Positions 37,901 through 47,286 are shown, counted from the first letter of the whole stretch. The stretch: DNA of 63,823 nt, filler included, from an uncultured Methanosarcinales archaeon (GCA_964398115.1; 4 parts of 4 records of this genome joined end to end with filler, not necessarily neighbours in it), one strand, 5' to 3'. The notes: generated from the letters alone by a model not told the origin. A program made the numbers and translations.

Positions 37901-38028
37901 CAGAATTCGTTTTGCCTGTCTACACAACAATAGGATTCTTGTGATGTTACTAGGGCTGGTGAGAAAGCTAGGAGTATTGCTATCAGTAGTGTTATGCGCG
38001 CTTTCATACCGTGTTTCCTCTTCTTCAT
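34918..38028 (-). CDS. Large secreted Cys-rich adhesin-like protein with Fn3/Ig domains
   Basis: Signal peptide; CC..C-rich N-terminus; Fn3-like LEW..YYIHR..FEDTTV....YAYNITA; YYSED..N.E Ig repeats. Confidence 0.78.
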   Translation of the reverse strand: MKKRKHGMKARITLLIAILLAFSPALVTSQESYCCVDRQNEFCTGITPDQESSCQGDVIEDSCNNVPECATGCCCDLEDNISVGGQVRPQANLSCSDSYTFVTEYQDEPIDSNMDCTQICSDVQRETDQTGGTGPTEPTPTDEQICTAAEDTQELILDQPEEVGDGIIRLEWNLNPGCEQARVEYYIHRRNQSETTTEIVGNTTATYFEDTTVEYDTTYAYNITAVFPDQTEVTSSEQTITVSSILCNGREGETICHDNDIVQCGPNGAVQSRNSCDSSVCIETSQGASCKTPADCDQCNQAYGMYPDPSREVEYEGSSTDLTCYQLQQDRLCYRDNSSTVVDPYKSCPVRGCMDYESRQTCLGDPCGTNLPCEWKTPYGESASQNLGIGKCVNENAENLGSLCGSGDEECTQDTCESLGNCYFQAEDNTCVCEGSATCKDYGDDRTACTGGQSVEVNAQYDDRTRVGGNHIVEQRSNDALGLGKCEYRSGGIGCVKNADNLQTETGSVERGDCGDNNDKCLTDFENPTTTLLLNSDGVIGWDEGIDYGVRDNAYNAENIKTYYCFSRGTCYPQTQAGNQILLDLTGVGKTNITYYSEDPAHNLEVLNVETVNYDTNRPSIDLTYTSTMSTASDNAQLDININVNDETTPISCNWELNGEGTTRTGSGTGDTYSLSYQVPPEIYTFNVECYDGARNSHGISRSLVVESDGRITNIQPRTTFSQASEITMSATTESPGTCRYSPTTHIYDAMTNEFSTTGATEHTNPAPSEVSGTGIYEYNIACSLNDGSVIVEQNPDDVVRFVIDQIPPETRITGLNREMQEGAVQSATITLECNDRSSDLVDDNERDWNFGCHQLYTCKGEGCNPTATGANRTRMTFNTDGTEMVRYYSEDQGGNTEEIQNFTVTVDTTNPAFEEARIIAPPEYFDPERELKVTGATTGRITGTISVDATQICALNERNNEERCVGTCTGRGNNCIRGDGQFTMPFNIAGDNNETMNDVTITATDWAGNNIETTLQLLYDGVAPDDPTYTLENEE

Positions 38029-38058
38029 TTTTTGGACTATAATATTATATAAATGTTT

Positions 38059-39513
38059 TCAGCAAGTAGCGGATCCTGGAGGTATGGCTTTAAACCTTAA
38101 TTCTAAGGGGATTGTTCCGGAAGTGGAGTCGTAGAGGCCTTCGCTGTCGTGAACGCTTATGTGTATTCTTTTTATTTCTATACAGTTCAAGCTTCCACCA
38201 TCGCATGTACATTCAAACTGATGATTAAAGTTAAACTTATTTTCTTTTGGTATTAATTGATTAACCATAGGTGGTGGAGGAGGGGGAGGTGTATAACCAA
38301 CAGGGTTTAATTCCCAGTGTAGTTTTTCACTATCTGGAGATATTATGAATTCGGAAAGGTTAAGTTCTAGTTCGTGTTCTCCTACTTCTCTTGTGTAGTT
38401 TATCACATGCATTTCCGGTACTATTGGTCTTCTGTTTTCAATGTATCCTTGTATCATTAGTTGTTTTCCGTCTACCAAGCTTTCGGTGTCTATAACTCTT
38501 AGGAGGTCGTCGTGTTTCCATTTTTCTCCGTAGCTTTTCTTTCCTGTGTAGTTTTTGAGCACGTTTACTTCGAAGCCTTCTCTGCGGAGGGGGCTTTTTC
38601 CTTGTGAGAGGTTGTAGGTGATGTTGCGTACTTCTTGTTTTAGTATGTCTCTCGTGTATTCGTATAGTTGTTTGAATCTAGCGTCTATCCTATGTTCGAA
38701 GTTTATGTTGAGGGTGACGGGTGGTTGTCCTGCTCTGCTTACTTCGACGGGGTATGTGACGTTGACTTTTACGTCTGTCTTTCCAAACGTGTAGGTGACT
38801 CTAGGCTTGTTTAACACGTCGATTTGGTATCCTTGCTTTTCTTCGAAATCGTCGAAGTTTGCGCATCTTGGCAGGTGTGTCTGTGTATAGTTTTTCAGTT
38901 GTAGTTGGACCGGGTTTTCTGACGGTCTGCCGTATCGTCCTTCGCATGTGCTGTAGACTTCTGGTCGGTTGATGTTTCCTTTCCAATTAGATCCGTTTAT
39001 AGTACAGAGACGGTGGGTGTTTCGATATCCTGCGAATCCTGAATTTGTGTATAACGGGCATTGTTCGTTCCAATACTGTAATGATTTGAGTTGTGTTATG
39101 TTCGCCCCATCTTTAGGGTATTGTGGCGGTTGTGAGTTTATATTTGGGCATCCGGTGTAGGTGATGTTTTTTAGAAGGTATGTTACGTTGTATTTCCTGT
39201 CTTGTGTTTCTGGCTTGACTTGAGCGTAGTTTGTTCCTGGCGTTCCTGTTTTTTCTACGGTGCCGTTTTGTTCTTTCCATAATATTCCTCCTTGGTATCC
39301 TGCTAGTTGTAAGGCGTTTTCGCTGACGCTTTGTATGCAGCTTTTCACGTAGCTTCTTACGCTGTTGCTATCGAGGAATTCTTGTACGGCTTGTTCTGCT
39401 TCTTCCTTGTTTGTTTCGGATTGTATGCTGGTGGTTGCGAAGTATACGATGGCTATGGCTATGAGTGCGAGGAGCCCAAATACTACGAGAATTGTGAATT
39501 GTCCTTTACGCAT
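38059..39513 (-). CDS. Pilin-like (class III signal) protein, 484 aa
   Basis: MRKG|QFTILVVFGLLALIAI; YVKSCI.......L...GYQGG; poly-Pro near the C-terminus. Confidence 0.8.
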   Translation of the reverse strand: MRKGQFTILVVFGLLALIAIAIVYFATTSIQSETNKEEAEQAVQEFLDSNSVRSYVKSCIQSVSENALQLAGYQGGILWKEQNGTVEKTGTPGTNYAQVKPETQDRKYNVTYLLKNITYTGCPNINSQPPQYPKDGANITQLKSLQYWNEQCPLYTNSGFAGYRNTHRLCTINGSNWKGNINRPEVYSTCEGRYGRPSENPVQLQLKNYTQTHLPRCANFDDFEEKQGYQIDVLNKPRVTYTFGKTDVKVNVTYPVEVSRAGQPPVTLNINFEHRIDARFKQLYEYTRDILKQEVRNITYNLSQGKSPLRREGFEVNVLKNYTGKKSYGEKWKHDDLLRVIDTESLVDGKQLMIQGYIENRRPIVPEMHVINYTREVGEHELELNLSEFIISPDSEKLHWELNPVGYTPPPPPPPMVNQLIPKENKFNFNHQFECTCDGGSLNCIEIKRIHISVHDSEGLYDSTSGTIPLELRFKAIPPGSATC

Positions 39514-39524
39514 AGGTCACCTCT

Positions 39525-42368
39525 TTATCTTAGTTGAGTACGGCCGCTGAGAAGGTTCCAAGCTTGACTTTCCGGATTTTTCAAGATGAGTTCGTTGTCA
39601 GTTATTCTGGAACTTTCTGCCCTCACAGAGTTATTAATTTCTTCGTAACTCACTCCAATATTTTGGTATTCTACTGTCATGTAATTCACTCTTTCCTGAT
39701 TCTCTATGTCATACGTGTTTTCCATCAAAACTTTTATCCTTTGATCCCCTCTTTGTTGTAAGTATATCTTGTCAAAGTCTTGTAGTCGTGCGCTGAATTC
39801 CTGTTCTATGCCGATTAGGGATTGGAAGAATCTTACTATTTTATCCCATGTATTTCCGTCAGTAGCGAAGAATCCTCCACTATAGCTTCCAGGTTCTTTT
39901 GATAGCATTATTATTTTGCTGTTAGCGTCGTAGTATACTGCTAGGTTGGGCATGACGGCACATTCTTCGAATCCGAAAGTTTCGTTGTCGCAGTTGTTTT
40001 CCCACTCTTCCGGATTGGCGTTTGGATTCCTGCTAATGTATTCTGCTCTTAAGTTATCCATATAATTACTTATGGCGTTGTCATCTTGTTCATTGCCGAT
40101 ATGCGTAGCTACTAACGCCGGTTGGTCTTCTCTTACCAACGCGCAGTATTCACTCGTTTCCCCTGTGTTGGCTGTAGTTATTAAGCTTCTTGCTTTATCG
40201 TCACAGTATAGTTTGAAATTGTCATTGTTTAAGTCTACTTGTGTTAGTAGTTTTTCTGCAACCATTCTAGTCCTTGATGTCCAATTACCATTGAGGCAAT
40301 AATTGTTATCCTGCCAATATCTTGTGTCTCTACACCCTTCATCTAATTCTAAACCTAGCAAGCATTGGTTTTCTTCAGGACAGTAGCCTCTTTCTGTTTC
40401 GTCCATGCTTCTTTTCAAAACGGGGTCTCTCACCCACTCTCCTCGTTGAGTTTCTGCATTGTAAACACAGGTATAGGGTATGTATTGTCCTGCGCTTTCA
40501 TCGTAGCACGCTACGGTGGCATTTGGCACGTTAACTGCTGAGCTAGTATGGTTATAGTTTATGCCTCCAAGATGGCGTGGTGTTTGTAGGTTGTTCCAGC
40601 TTATTCTATCTGTTGCTGTTCCTTGACATTCTGCCCAGTATGGGTATTCTGTTGGTGCTTCTTTTCTATTTCCGGTGTGAGATACTGCGGAATCATTCTC
40701 AGTGTTTCCTTCGCTAACGCATCTACAATTGTCTGGTGCGCTTGGATCACAGGAGGGATAATCATCAGCAGCGCATTCTGTAACGTTCTGAACATATTTG
40801 CTTCCGCTTTGGTAACAGGTGCAGTAATGATTACTTCCGTCTGATGCTGAAACTAGAGGGATTGTGGAAGCAGCTTTTCTAGCATCCTCAGTGTTAGTAT
40901 CTTTTGACGCTGGACCTCCAGGTAAAGGATCACAATTTTCTGGATCGAAAGTGCACTGGTATTGTGTGGAACAGTCTGAATCACTACATTCTAATCTCTG
41001 AAGCATGTATCCTTTTCCACAATGCGTTCCTCCCGCTGGTGAACTTGTATTACAACCGATGTTATTCCAGGTACAAGTGTCTTCATTGCATGACGCACTA
41101 GTTCCTGTTATGTATTTTGGAGCGTCTGCATCAGGGTTAGGTTTAACATCTAAATATTGGCTGTTCCAAGTTGTGATGACGTCGCACCTGCCTGGAGCGG
41201 GTTGCCAATCCGCTCTTTTTGAAAGGAGTGAAGCATTTGTGTTCTGGTGATCTCGTAGTATTTCTCCCTTACACATTTGTGTAGGTAAATCTACTATGTC
41301 TAAACCGTGTCTTTCTAAGAAAACTTGATTACAATAATCTTTTGACGCTCGTTTCCAGGATTTATTTATACAAAATTGATTATTTCCATTAGTCACCACG
41401 TATGTAGCATTGTCTTCTGGATCGTTTCCACAACATGCCAGGCTTGGATCCGTTTCATTTACTTTCTGACTCCAATCATTACCGTTAGCTAGACAGTACT
41501 CTCTTTTTTCTGTGTTTACCGTTCTCAAGGCACATTGGTATCTGAATTTTCTGTCCTCTTCTGGCTCCCCACTATGGTACGATCTCATCCCAACTAAAAA
41601 GCCGTTTCCACAATCTACTGCAGATCCTTGCCTCCATTCATTTGGAGAAGTCCAACTTGTAATGTTGTAAGGATCGTTATTTGCATCGGTGCTCATACAA
41701 GCTTGATCATCTCCACTATCAGCGTTTAATTCACCCCGACAGTGATCCTGTGAGTTTTCATTCATCCCTTCTGGATAGCAGCATTGATATTGCCATTTAC
41801 TATCGTCAGCTGAAGATCCAAAGTCTGTATCTTGATCATATGCTTTTACTCCTGCTAGGTAACCTTGACCACAGTCAATTCCGGAACTGTAATCTTCTTG
41901 GTTTTCTGTCGTCCAATCATTACATGTAACTCCTGGAGCAGTTTCTCCTGAAACAGTACAGAAGTCATCGGGGTCGTCGCCTTGATCACGACATATTTCT
42001 ACGGATCCATTGTCCATTCCTTGATTGTATCCACATTTTACCATGAACATTCGTGCGTTGGCGTCATCATCATATTTTGAGCTTATTCCTGCTATGAATC
42101 CTTCTCCACAATGAATCCCCCATGCCTCTTCACCATCAAAGTTAAGTCCCCAGTAAGTGTCTCCAGTGTTATACCAGTAGCTAGTGTTTGTCATGTAAGG
42201 GTTATCTACTGACGGTTCCGGGCACCATTGGTTTTCTCCAGGAGATCCACAAGACTCGTAGTTTATTTCTGTGCCTTGTGAATACGCGGGGAGTGGTCCT
42301 GCTTGTACTATGGTTGTTAGGAGTAGTGTTGAGAATAGTATTGTTAGTATGGTTGTGGTTTTTTTCAT
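39525..42368 (-). CDS. Large secreted Cys-rich protein with dermatopontin-like repeats
   Basis: Sec signal; three CG.G(F/Y)..G..S...D..(F/W).Y.C repeats. Confidence 0.72.
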   Translation of the reverse strand: MKKTTTILTILFSTLLLTTIVQAGPLPAYSQGTEINYESCGSPGENQWCPEPSVDNPYMTNTSYWYNTGDTYWGLNFDGEEAWGIHCGEGFIAGISSKYDDDANARMFMVKCGYNQGMDNGSVEICRDQGDDPDDFCTVSGETAPGVTCNDWTTENQEDYSSGIDCGQGYLAGVKAYDQDTDFGSSADDSKWQYQCCYPEGMNENSQDHCRGELNADSGDDQACMSTDANNDPYNITSWTSPNEWRQGSAVDCGNGFLVGMRSYHSGEPEEDRKFRYQCALRTVNTEKREYCLANGNDWSQKVNETDPSLACCGNDPEDNATYVVTNGNNQFCINKSWKRASKDYCNQVFLERHGLDIVDLPTQMCKGEILRDHQNTNASLLSKRADWQPAPGRCDVITTWNSQYLDVKPNPDADAPKYITGTSASCNEDTCTWNNIGCNTSSPAGGTHCGKGYMLQRLECSDSDCSTQYQCTFDPENCDPLPGGPASKDTNTEDARKAASTIPLVSASDGSNHYCTCYQSGSKYVQNVTECAADDYPSCDPSAPDNCRCVSEGNTENDSAVSHTGNRKEAPTEYPYWAECQGTATDRISWNNLQTPRHLGGINYNHTSSAVNVPNATVACYDESAGQYIPYTCVYNAETQRGEWVRDPVLKRSMDETERGYCPEENQCLLGLELDEGCRDTRYWQDNNYCLNGNWTSRTRMVAEKLLTQVDLNNDNFKLYCDDKARSLITTANTGETSEYCALVREDQPALVATHIGNEQDDNAISNYMDNLRAEYISRNPNANPEEWENNCDNETFGFEECAVMPNLAVYYDANSKIIMLSKEPGSYSGGFFATDGNTWDKIVRFFQSLIGIEQEFSARLQDFDKIYLQQRGDQRIKVLMENTYDIENQERVNYMTVEYQNIGVSYEEINNSVRAESSRITDNELILKNPESQAWNLLSGRTQLR

Positions 42369-42429
42369 AAAGTGGTGTCCTCTTTTCTCTTGTTTTGTTT
42401 TTTTGGTTTTGTGTTATATAATTGTTTCG

Positions 42430-42981
42430 TCACCAGTTGGTGGCTTGTTGTGCTTCTTTTGGGTGCATTCCTATGGTTTTTCCTAAGGCTTCTAGTTCTT
42501 TTGGTGCTCGCATGTCGTATGGTTCTATGGCGAAGCTTGCGATTATCATGTCTACGTTGTATTTTCTGCATATCCGTACGTTTTGTTGCATTCTTCCTAG
42601 GGTTTGGCTGGCTTTTTCTTGGTTGTAGAGTTGGCTTAGGTTGAATGCTATGGCTGTGTTGTTTTCTCGTGCTTGTTTGGCTAGTTTTTGGTTTAGCCCG
42701 CTGGCTCTGTGGTGTACGAAGTCTTCTTTGTCTGTGTTTTCTAGGTTGAATATTATGTCTACTTTTGGTTCTTGGAACGCCCATTTTTTTCTTTCTGCTA
42801 GGATTAGGTCGTATTCGTTTTTGTTAGTGTCTTGTCTTTTTTGTGCTAGAAATGCAGTTTTTCCTTTTCTTTCTTTAGGTTGTTTTGTGTAGAGATAGAC
42901 TAGGTTGTTTATGCCGAGTTTTTCGCTCATTTCTTGGAATTCTTCTTCGTTTCCGTCTGGTATTACGATGTCTTTCATCAC
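42430..42981 (-). CDS. rnp3: Ribonuclease P protein subunit p30 (Rpp30)
   Basis: KVDII..LE....D..H.R.SGLN..L.KQA.E..AI.F; N.RICRKY....I.S.A...DMRAP.EL. Confidence 0.85.
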   Translation of the reverse strand: MMKDIVIPDGNEEEFQEMSEKLGINNLVYLYTKQPKERKGKTAFLAQKRQDTNKNEYDLILAERKKWAFQEPKVDIIFNLENTDKEDFVHHRASGLNQKLAKQARENNTAIAFNLSQLYNQEKASQTLGRMQQNVRICRKYNVDMIIASFAIEPYDMRAPKELEALGKTIGMHPKEAQQATNW

Positions 42982-43010
42982 TTTTGTTATTTAAGAAGTG
43001 TTGGTTTATA

Positions 43011-43603
43011 TTATATTTGGAAGAACCAGTTTAGCCAGTTTTTGAAGCCTTCCCACGCGTTTTGTACGAGACTTTCTGATTGTTTTTCCTTTTCTTGCTG
43101 TTTTGGTTGTTCTTTGTTGGCCTCTTTTTCCCGGGTTTGGTTGGTGTCGTTTTCTGTGAGTTCTCTTATTTTCTTGTTTAGTTCGTCGCCGCTGGTTAGG
43201 TTTGTATCGTTTGTGTCTATGGTTATGTTGGATGAAGTGTTAATATCTGTTTTTGTTTCGTTGGGCATGGTGTCGGTTACGGTCTTTTCTGAAATGTTGA
43301 GTTCTTCCTCTTCTTGTTTTGGTAGTGTGGTTTTTTCTATGTTGTATCGTTCATTTTCTCCTGTAATTTTTACTGCGTTTCCTTTTAGTCCGTAGTTTTT
43401 GTATTTGGCGAGTACGGTTGCTGCTTTGGCTGTGTCTTGTGGTGTTCCTCCGGCGACTATCATCCAGTCTTTGCCTAGGTCGCTTTCGTATAGGTAGATG
43501 TATCCGGTCCCGTTTTTGAAGTGGTTGCAGTTTTGTATTTGCATTATTTCTTGTGTTATTTGGTTGTCGCAGTTTGTTCCTATGCTGATGAGGTTGTGGC
43601 TTT
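43011..43603 (-). CDS. S-layer-like surface protein, C-terminal part (truncated by contig end)
   Basis: Frame stays open to the contig edge (NLISIGTNCDN); IVAGGTPQDTAKAATVL..Y resembles the S-layer C-terminal domain. Confidence 0.65.
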
Positions 43604-43703
43604 NNNNNNNNNNNNNNNNNNNNNNNNNNNNNNNNNNNNNNNNNNNNTTAATTAATTAANNNNNNNNNNNNNNNNNNNNNNNNNNNNNNNNNNNNNNNNN
43701 NNN
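43604..43703. other. Artificial contig linker
   Basis: N run with TTAATTAATTAA. Confidence 0.99.
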
Positions 43704-43927
43704 GTAATCTCAACATCCATCAAAATCACCAAGTAAGATTAATCTTACACTATTTATATAGTTTTCGTTTAGGAAATCAGAAAGCTTCCGATGCCAGCAA
43801 AACTTTTCCCAGAATCTCTGGATTCTGGCTGTTGTGAAATTTCTTCGATAAAAAGACTGTTTTGGAAAGTGTTGAGAAATAACTTTTTCGTAAAAATTAT
43901 AAACTAATCTCTACCCATTTTCTTATA

Positions 43928-44416
43928 ATGGAGTATGAACGTTCGGGGTTGGGAGTTTTAGTTACAACCTTATTAGTTGGCGTCACGGCTTGTTCAAACG
44001 GGGAACACCAAGACTATATAGAGGGCACGGTCGTGGGAGAATTCGGAAGCGTCCACAACCAAGTTGAAAATAATTCTCAAATTCGCAACGATTCAACAGA
44101 GCAAAAAAGTTACGGGTTGAAAGTAAGGACGGACAGTGCAAGATATGTTTTAGAAATCACAAGCAGCATTCAAGACTACAAAGGAAATCTAATTCACAAC
44201 CATACACCTCGAGATAGAGGAAGAACACTACTGGGACTAGCCGCGTCTATCGAACCCGGAACGAAGATAAAATTTCCCACCAAGTACGTAGGAGAAAATA
44301 AACAAATAAAGTTATTCGGTAAAGACAAGATAGGAATAGTCGCAAACAAAACATTAGACATAATCCGATACGCGCATGAAAGAAACGATGAAAAAGAATT
44401 CGCCACCCCCGACTAA
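43928..44416 (+). CDS. Putative lipoprotein
   Basis: LLVGVTAC lipobox-like signal. Confidence 0.6.
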   Translation: MEYERSGLGVLVTTLLVGVTACSNGEHQDYIEGTVVGEFGSVHNQVENNSQIRNDSTEQKSYGLKVRTDSARYVLEITSSIQDYKGNLIHNHTPRDRGRTLLGLAASIEPGTKIKFPTKYVGENKQIKLFGKDKIGIVANKTLDIIRYAHERNDEKEFATPD

Positions 44417-44467
44417 AAATTTCAAGAGAGAAAACCATTTAAACCACGACTTCCTCTACCCACTAAT

Positions 44468-44779
44468 ATGTTAGACCTGATAGGAAGAAGAGAAAGAGCA
44501 ACACCACTAGATTTTTACAAACAACTAAGCAAAGTAGACTACAAACCCGTAAATCAAGTAATACAAGAACTTGAATACAGAGGATACAAAGCCCAACACT
44601 TAAGAGGAAGCCTAGCACAAAGTTCTATACAAAATTGGTTACACACTTGGGAAAGAGACGGCTACGTAGAACCAAAAATGGTCGAAACCGAAGACGGCGA
44701 AGACTTTGCTTGGAAAAGAACAAAAAACTTAGAAACTTTAACAGAACAAGAACTCCTAAAAGCAATGTCTCCCTTATAA
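44468..44779 (+). CDS. Hypothetical protein, possibly winged helix
   Basis: SIQNWLHTWERDGYVE...AWKRT; TTTAAA about 25 nt upstream. Confidence 0.5.
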   Translation: MLDLIGRRERATPLDFYKQLSKVDYKPVNQVIQELEYRGYKAQHLRGSLAQSSIQNWLHTWERDGYVEPKMVETEDGEDFAWKRTKNLETLTEQELLKAMSPL

Positions 44780-44834
44780 AAAGAGACAAAAAACTATATT
44801 CTTAAAACGCTTTTCGAACTTTAATTATTCTAAA

Positions 44835-45293
44835 ATGCTAAAGCTTAAAAATGAAGTATTGATATGGAACAATCCGATGAAAACGCCACAAGGAAATTAT
44901 CCACTACTGGAATTGAAAGAAAAAGCAATGTCAGAGGTCTATAACCTCGTTTATAGCATTGTACAATATAAGTGTACAGAGGAAGGTATACAACGTTTCG
45001 AAGACGAGTTAGAAAAGCAAGAAAATCAACTGGAGAAACACGCTCGCCTAACACGATGGGGAAACAAAGAAAAGCAAGAAAATTTCATACGAGAAAGTTT
45101 AGAATACATGCTTAAACCAGCCTTGAGAGATTTATGGATACATGGTAACTCTCCACACCCCAGTACGTACATAGATGCTTGGATCGACGACTTAAACAGA
45201 AAATATCGTAAAAAGCTCAAAAAACACTTAGACAACTTCAACATACAAGTGCCCGAAGAACTTCTCAACTACTCGAATGATTTACATGTCTAA
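44835..45293 (+). CDS. Hypothetical protein
   Basis: 152-aa ORF with host-like codon bias. Confidence 0.55.
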   Translation: MLKLKNEVLIWNNPMKTPQGNYPLLELKEKAMSEVYNLVYSIVQYKCTEEGIQRFEDELEKQENQLEKHARLTRWGNKEKQENFIRESLEYMLKPALRDLWIHGNSPHPSTYIDAWIDDLNRKYRKKLKKHLDNFNIQVPEELLNYSNDLHV

Positions 45294-47030
45294 GCTTAAA
45301 GTAGCGCTTGCAACGATAGGATAATCCATCTTGCTTTCTTCCTGAACCGCGATGATATTTCTTTGACCCAAGGCTCGAGCAGCGTTCACCAAACTCGCTT
45401 TAACCTCCAACGGGCCAAAATCTTTAGACCCGTAACCGCTAAGGATGAAGTGCTCATCCAAACTCACCAAATTATCACGGCTTTCAGGAAAGTGAGGTTC
45501 CAACCTGTAAACACCTTGCACACCCACTTTGTAGCCTTCGTGTTCAAAACCACCCGTGGCTTTCAAAGTAACTTCGCTAAGACCAGGAACGGGCTTTCTC
45601 TCTCCTTTCCACGTCATCTTCATATCACGATACGCAAAGCTCCCACTCCAAAAAGCATTGTCACTCAACCCTTTATAAGTTAAATGAAAGCTCTCCCCAT
45701 CCACCTCGGCGCCTTGATAAAAACGAGGCAAGTTACCATTTAAGGACTTAACAAAACCTTCCACTTTATGATCACCCAAGTTCAAAACCACGCCAGGCTT
45801 CACATAACTAACTCGTTGAGAAGAAACATCCTCATGGTTTTGAAACTTCAAACTACCTCCCAAGCGATCATCCAAGAAGGGGTCGTAAAGGTCAGCAGCG
45901 CTCAACTTCAAAGTAAAGTCTCCCAACATTTTAGAAACGCTTCCGTAAACTGACAAGTCTTCTTCGCCATCCACGAAATGCAAGGAAGCATTGCCACGCA
46001 CCAAGAAATCTAATGGTAATGACTGGGTATGGTCAGCGAACAATTCAACATCTGAGAAGCTTTTCACATCATCTCCTAACTCTTTATATAAGTGACTAAC
46101 CACTAAACCAACATCTCCCCGGCCATAATCCAAACGCGTATTGTTAGTAACAAAATCTAAACTTTGCTTCAACCACTCCCTACTATCATCATACTTCATT
46201 TCACTAGTCACGTCACCACTTTGAAAACTAAAATCATTCTCTAACGTGAAACCCCTCACGTCTTTATCAAATGAAGCAACCACGAATTCTTGACTCGTCT
46301 CCTCCAAATACTTTTTCATATCAAACGCTTTAGATAAATCTGCGGTGATGTCAGAATGGCCAACATGAACGTCTAAACTCCAAGTACTGTCTTGCACTCC
46401 CCCAATTGCTAAGCCTCGAAAGCCGTCTCCAAAAGCACCCGTTGCGCCATTTCCAATAAAATCAGGCGTGAACAGGTAATCCATGTTAACACCAACCTTG
46501 TAACTTTCTGTTTTTCTTCCAAAACTGGCACTCGTCCTTCTAGGCTCTGCATGAACGTGTAAGCCTTCATCCAAATCAGAAGTTATAATAACAGGACGAT
46601 CCAAAGCGGGATGGGAAGCGTCGGGTTCTTCTGGTTCAACCGACAAGTGATTGCTAGGCCAAGTACTTCTTAACCCCATGCTAACCTTGTCTTTTAACAA
46701 CATTCTCAAATCGTTATAGAATTTAGTATTAGCCAAAGGTATGTCTTGAAAACTGGTTTTAGACTCTCCCGGGAGTAATGTGTGAGAACTCGCATCTCTG
46801 TAAAGGACTTGTTGAAAAGCGTCGCCACTGCTAAAACTTTCAGTGATTCGGTCATCCACGTCTTCTGCTTCTGCATTTACAACAATATCATCAATCGTGT
46901 GCTCGGGTCGTGGTGTAGAATCTTGCGGGATTGAGTCAGGAGTAGCTTGTTGAGCTTTCATAGGCGTAGCCAGTGACAGTAAGGCCATCACTGCCCCCGT
47001 TGTTGACACTGTCCTGTCATTCAACCCCAT
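45282..47030 (-). CDS. TonB-dependent-receptor-like beta-barrel protein (divergent)
   Basis: Signal peptide ending KA|QQ, TonB-box-like TIDDIVVNA, plug-like segment, many alternating beta strands, terminal LEVKASLVN...ASATLSLDM. Confidence 0.55.
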   Translation of the reverse strand: MGLNDRTVSTTGAVMALLSLATPMKAQQATPDSIPQDSTPRPEHTIDDIVVNAEAEDVDDRITESFSSGDAFQQVLYRDASSHTLLPGESKTSFQDIPLANTKFYNDLRMLLKDKVSMGLRSTWPSNHLSVEPEEPDASHPALDRPVIITSDLDEGLHVHAEPRRTSASFGRKTESYKVGVNMDYLFTPDFIGNGATGAFGDGFRGLAIGGVQDSTWSLDVHVGHSDITADLSKAFDMKKYLEETSQEFVVASFDKDVRGFTLENDFSFQSGDVTSEMKYDDSREWLKQSLDFVTNNTRLDYGRGDVGLVVSHLYKELGDDVKSFSDVELFADHTQSLPLDFLVRGNASLHFVDGEEDLSVYGSVSKMLGDFTLKLSAADLYDPFLDDRLGGSLKFQNHEDVSSQRVSYVKPGVVLNLGDHKVEGFVKSLNGNLPRFYQGAEVDGESFHLTYKGLSDNAFWSGSFAYRDMKMTWKGERKPVPGLSEVTLKATGGFEHEGYKVGVQGVYRLEPHFPESRDNLVSLDEHFILSGYGSKDFGPLEVKASLVNAARALGQRNIIAVQEESKMDYPIVASATLSLDM

Positions 47031-47286
47031 ATTCGTTGCGAGGAATTGCTAACTTATTAAATTTTTCTTTTTCTTATCACTCAAAAGTAGTTTAGAAATA
47101 ACTATTAATGTTAAGATATTTCATGGTAGAAGCTCCGAAAACAAAAAATAATTATTATCCATATAAACATAAAACCTGTTCTCTTCGAAACTACCCCCTT
47201 AAAAAAAGACGCAACCACACTCAACAACAAACACTACAAAGCCATCAAAGAACGCCTCAAAGAAAAAAATAAAAACTAACGCTAAC

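Noticed and set aside
38269..38289. Poly-proline (P7) tract
   Set aside because: Mixed codons, so a protein linker and not a phase-variable homopolymer.
42365..42784. 139-aa basic ORF overlapping Rpp30, and similar ORFs at 34270-34743 and 35498-36073
   Set aside because: Shadow frames caused by the codon skew; no motifs.
43809..43828. 8-bp hairpin CCAGAATC-tctg-GATTCTGG
   Set aside because: Single short inverted repeat near a contig end with no supporting context.
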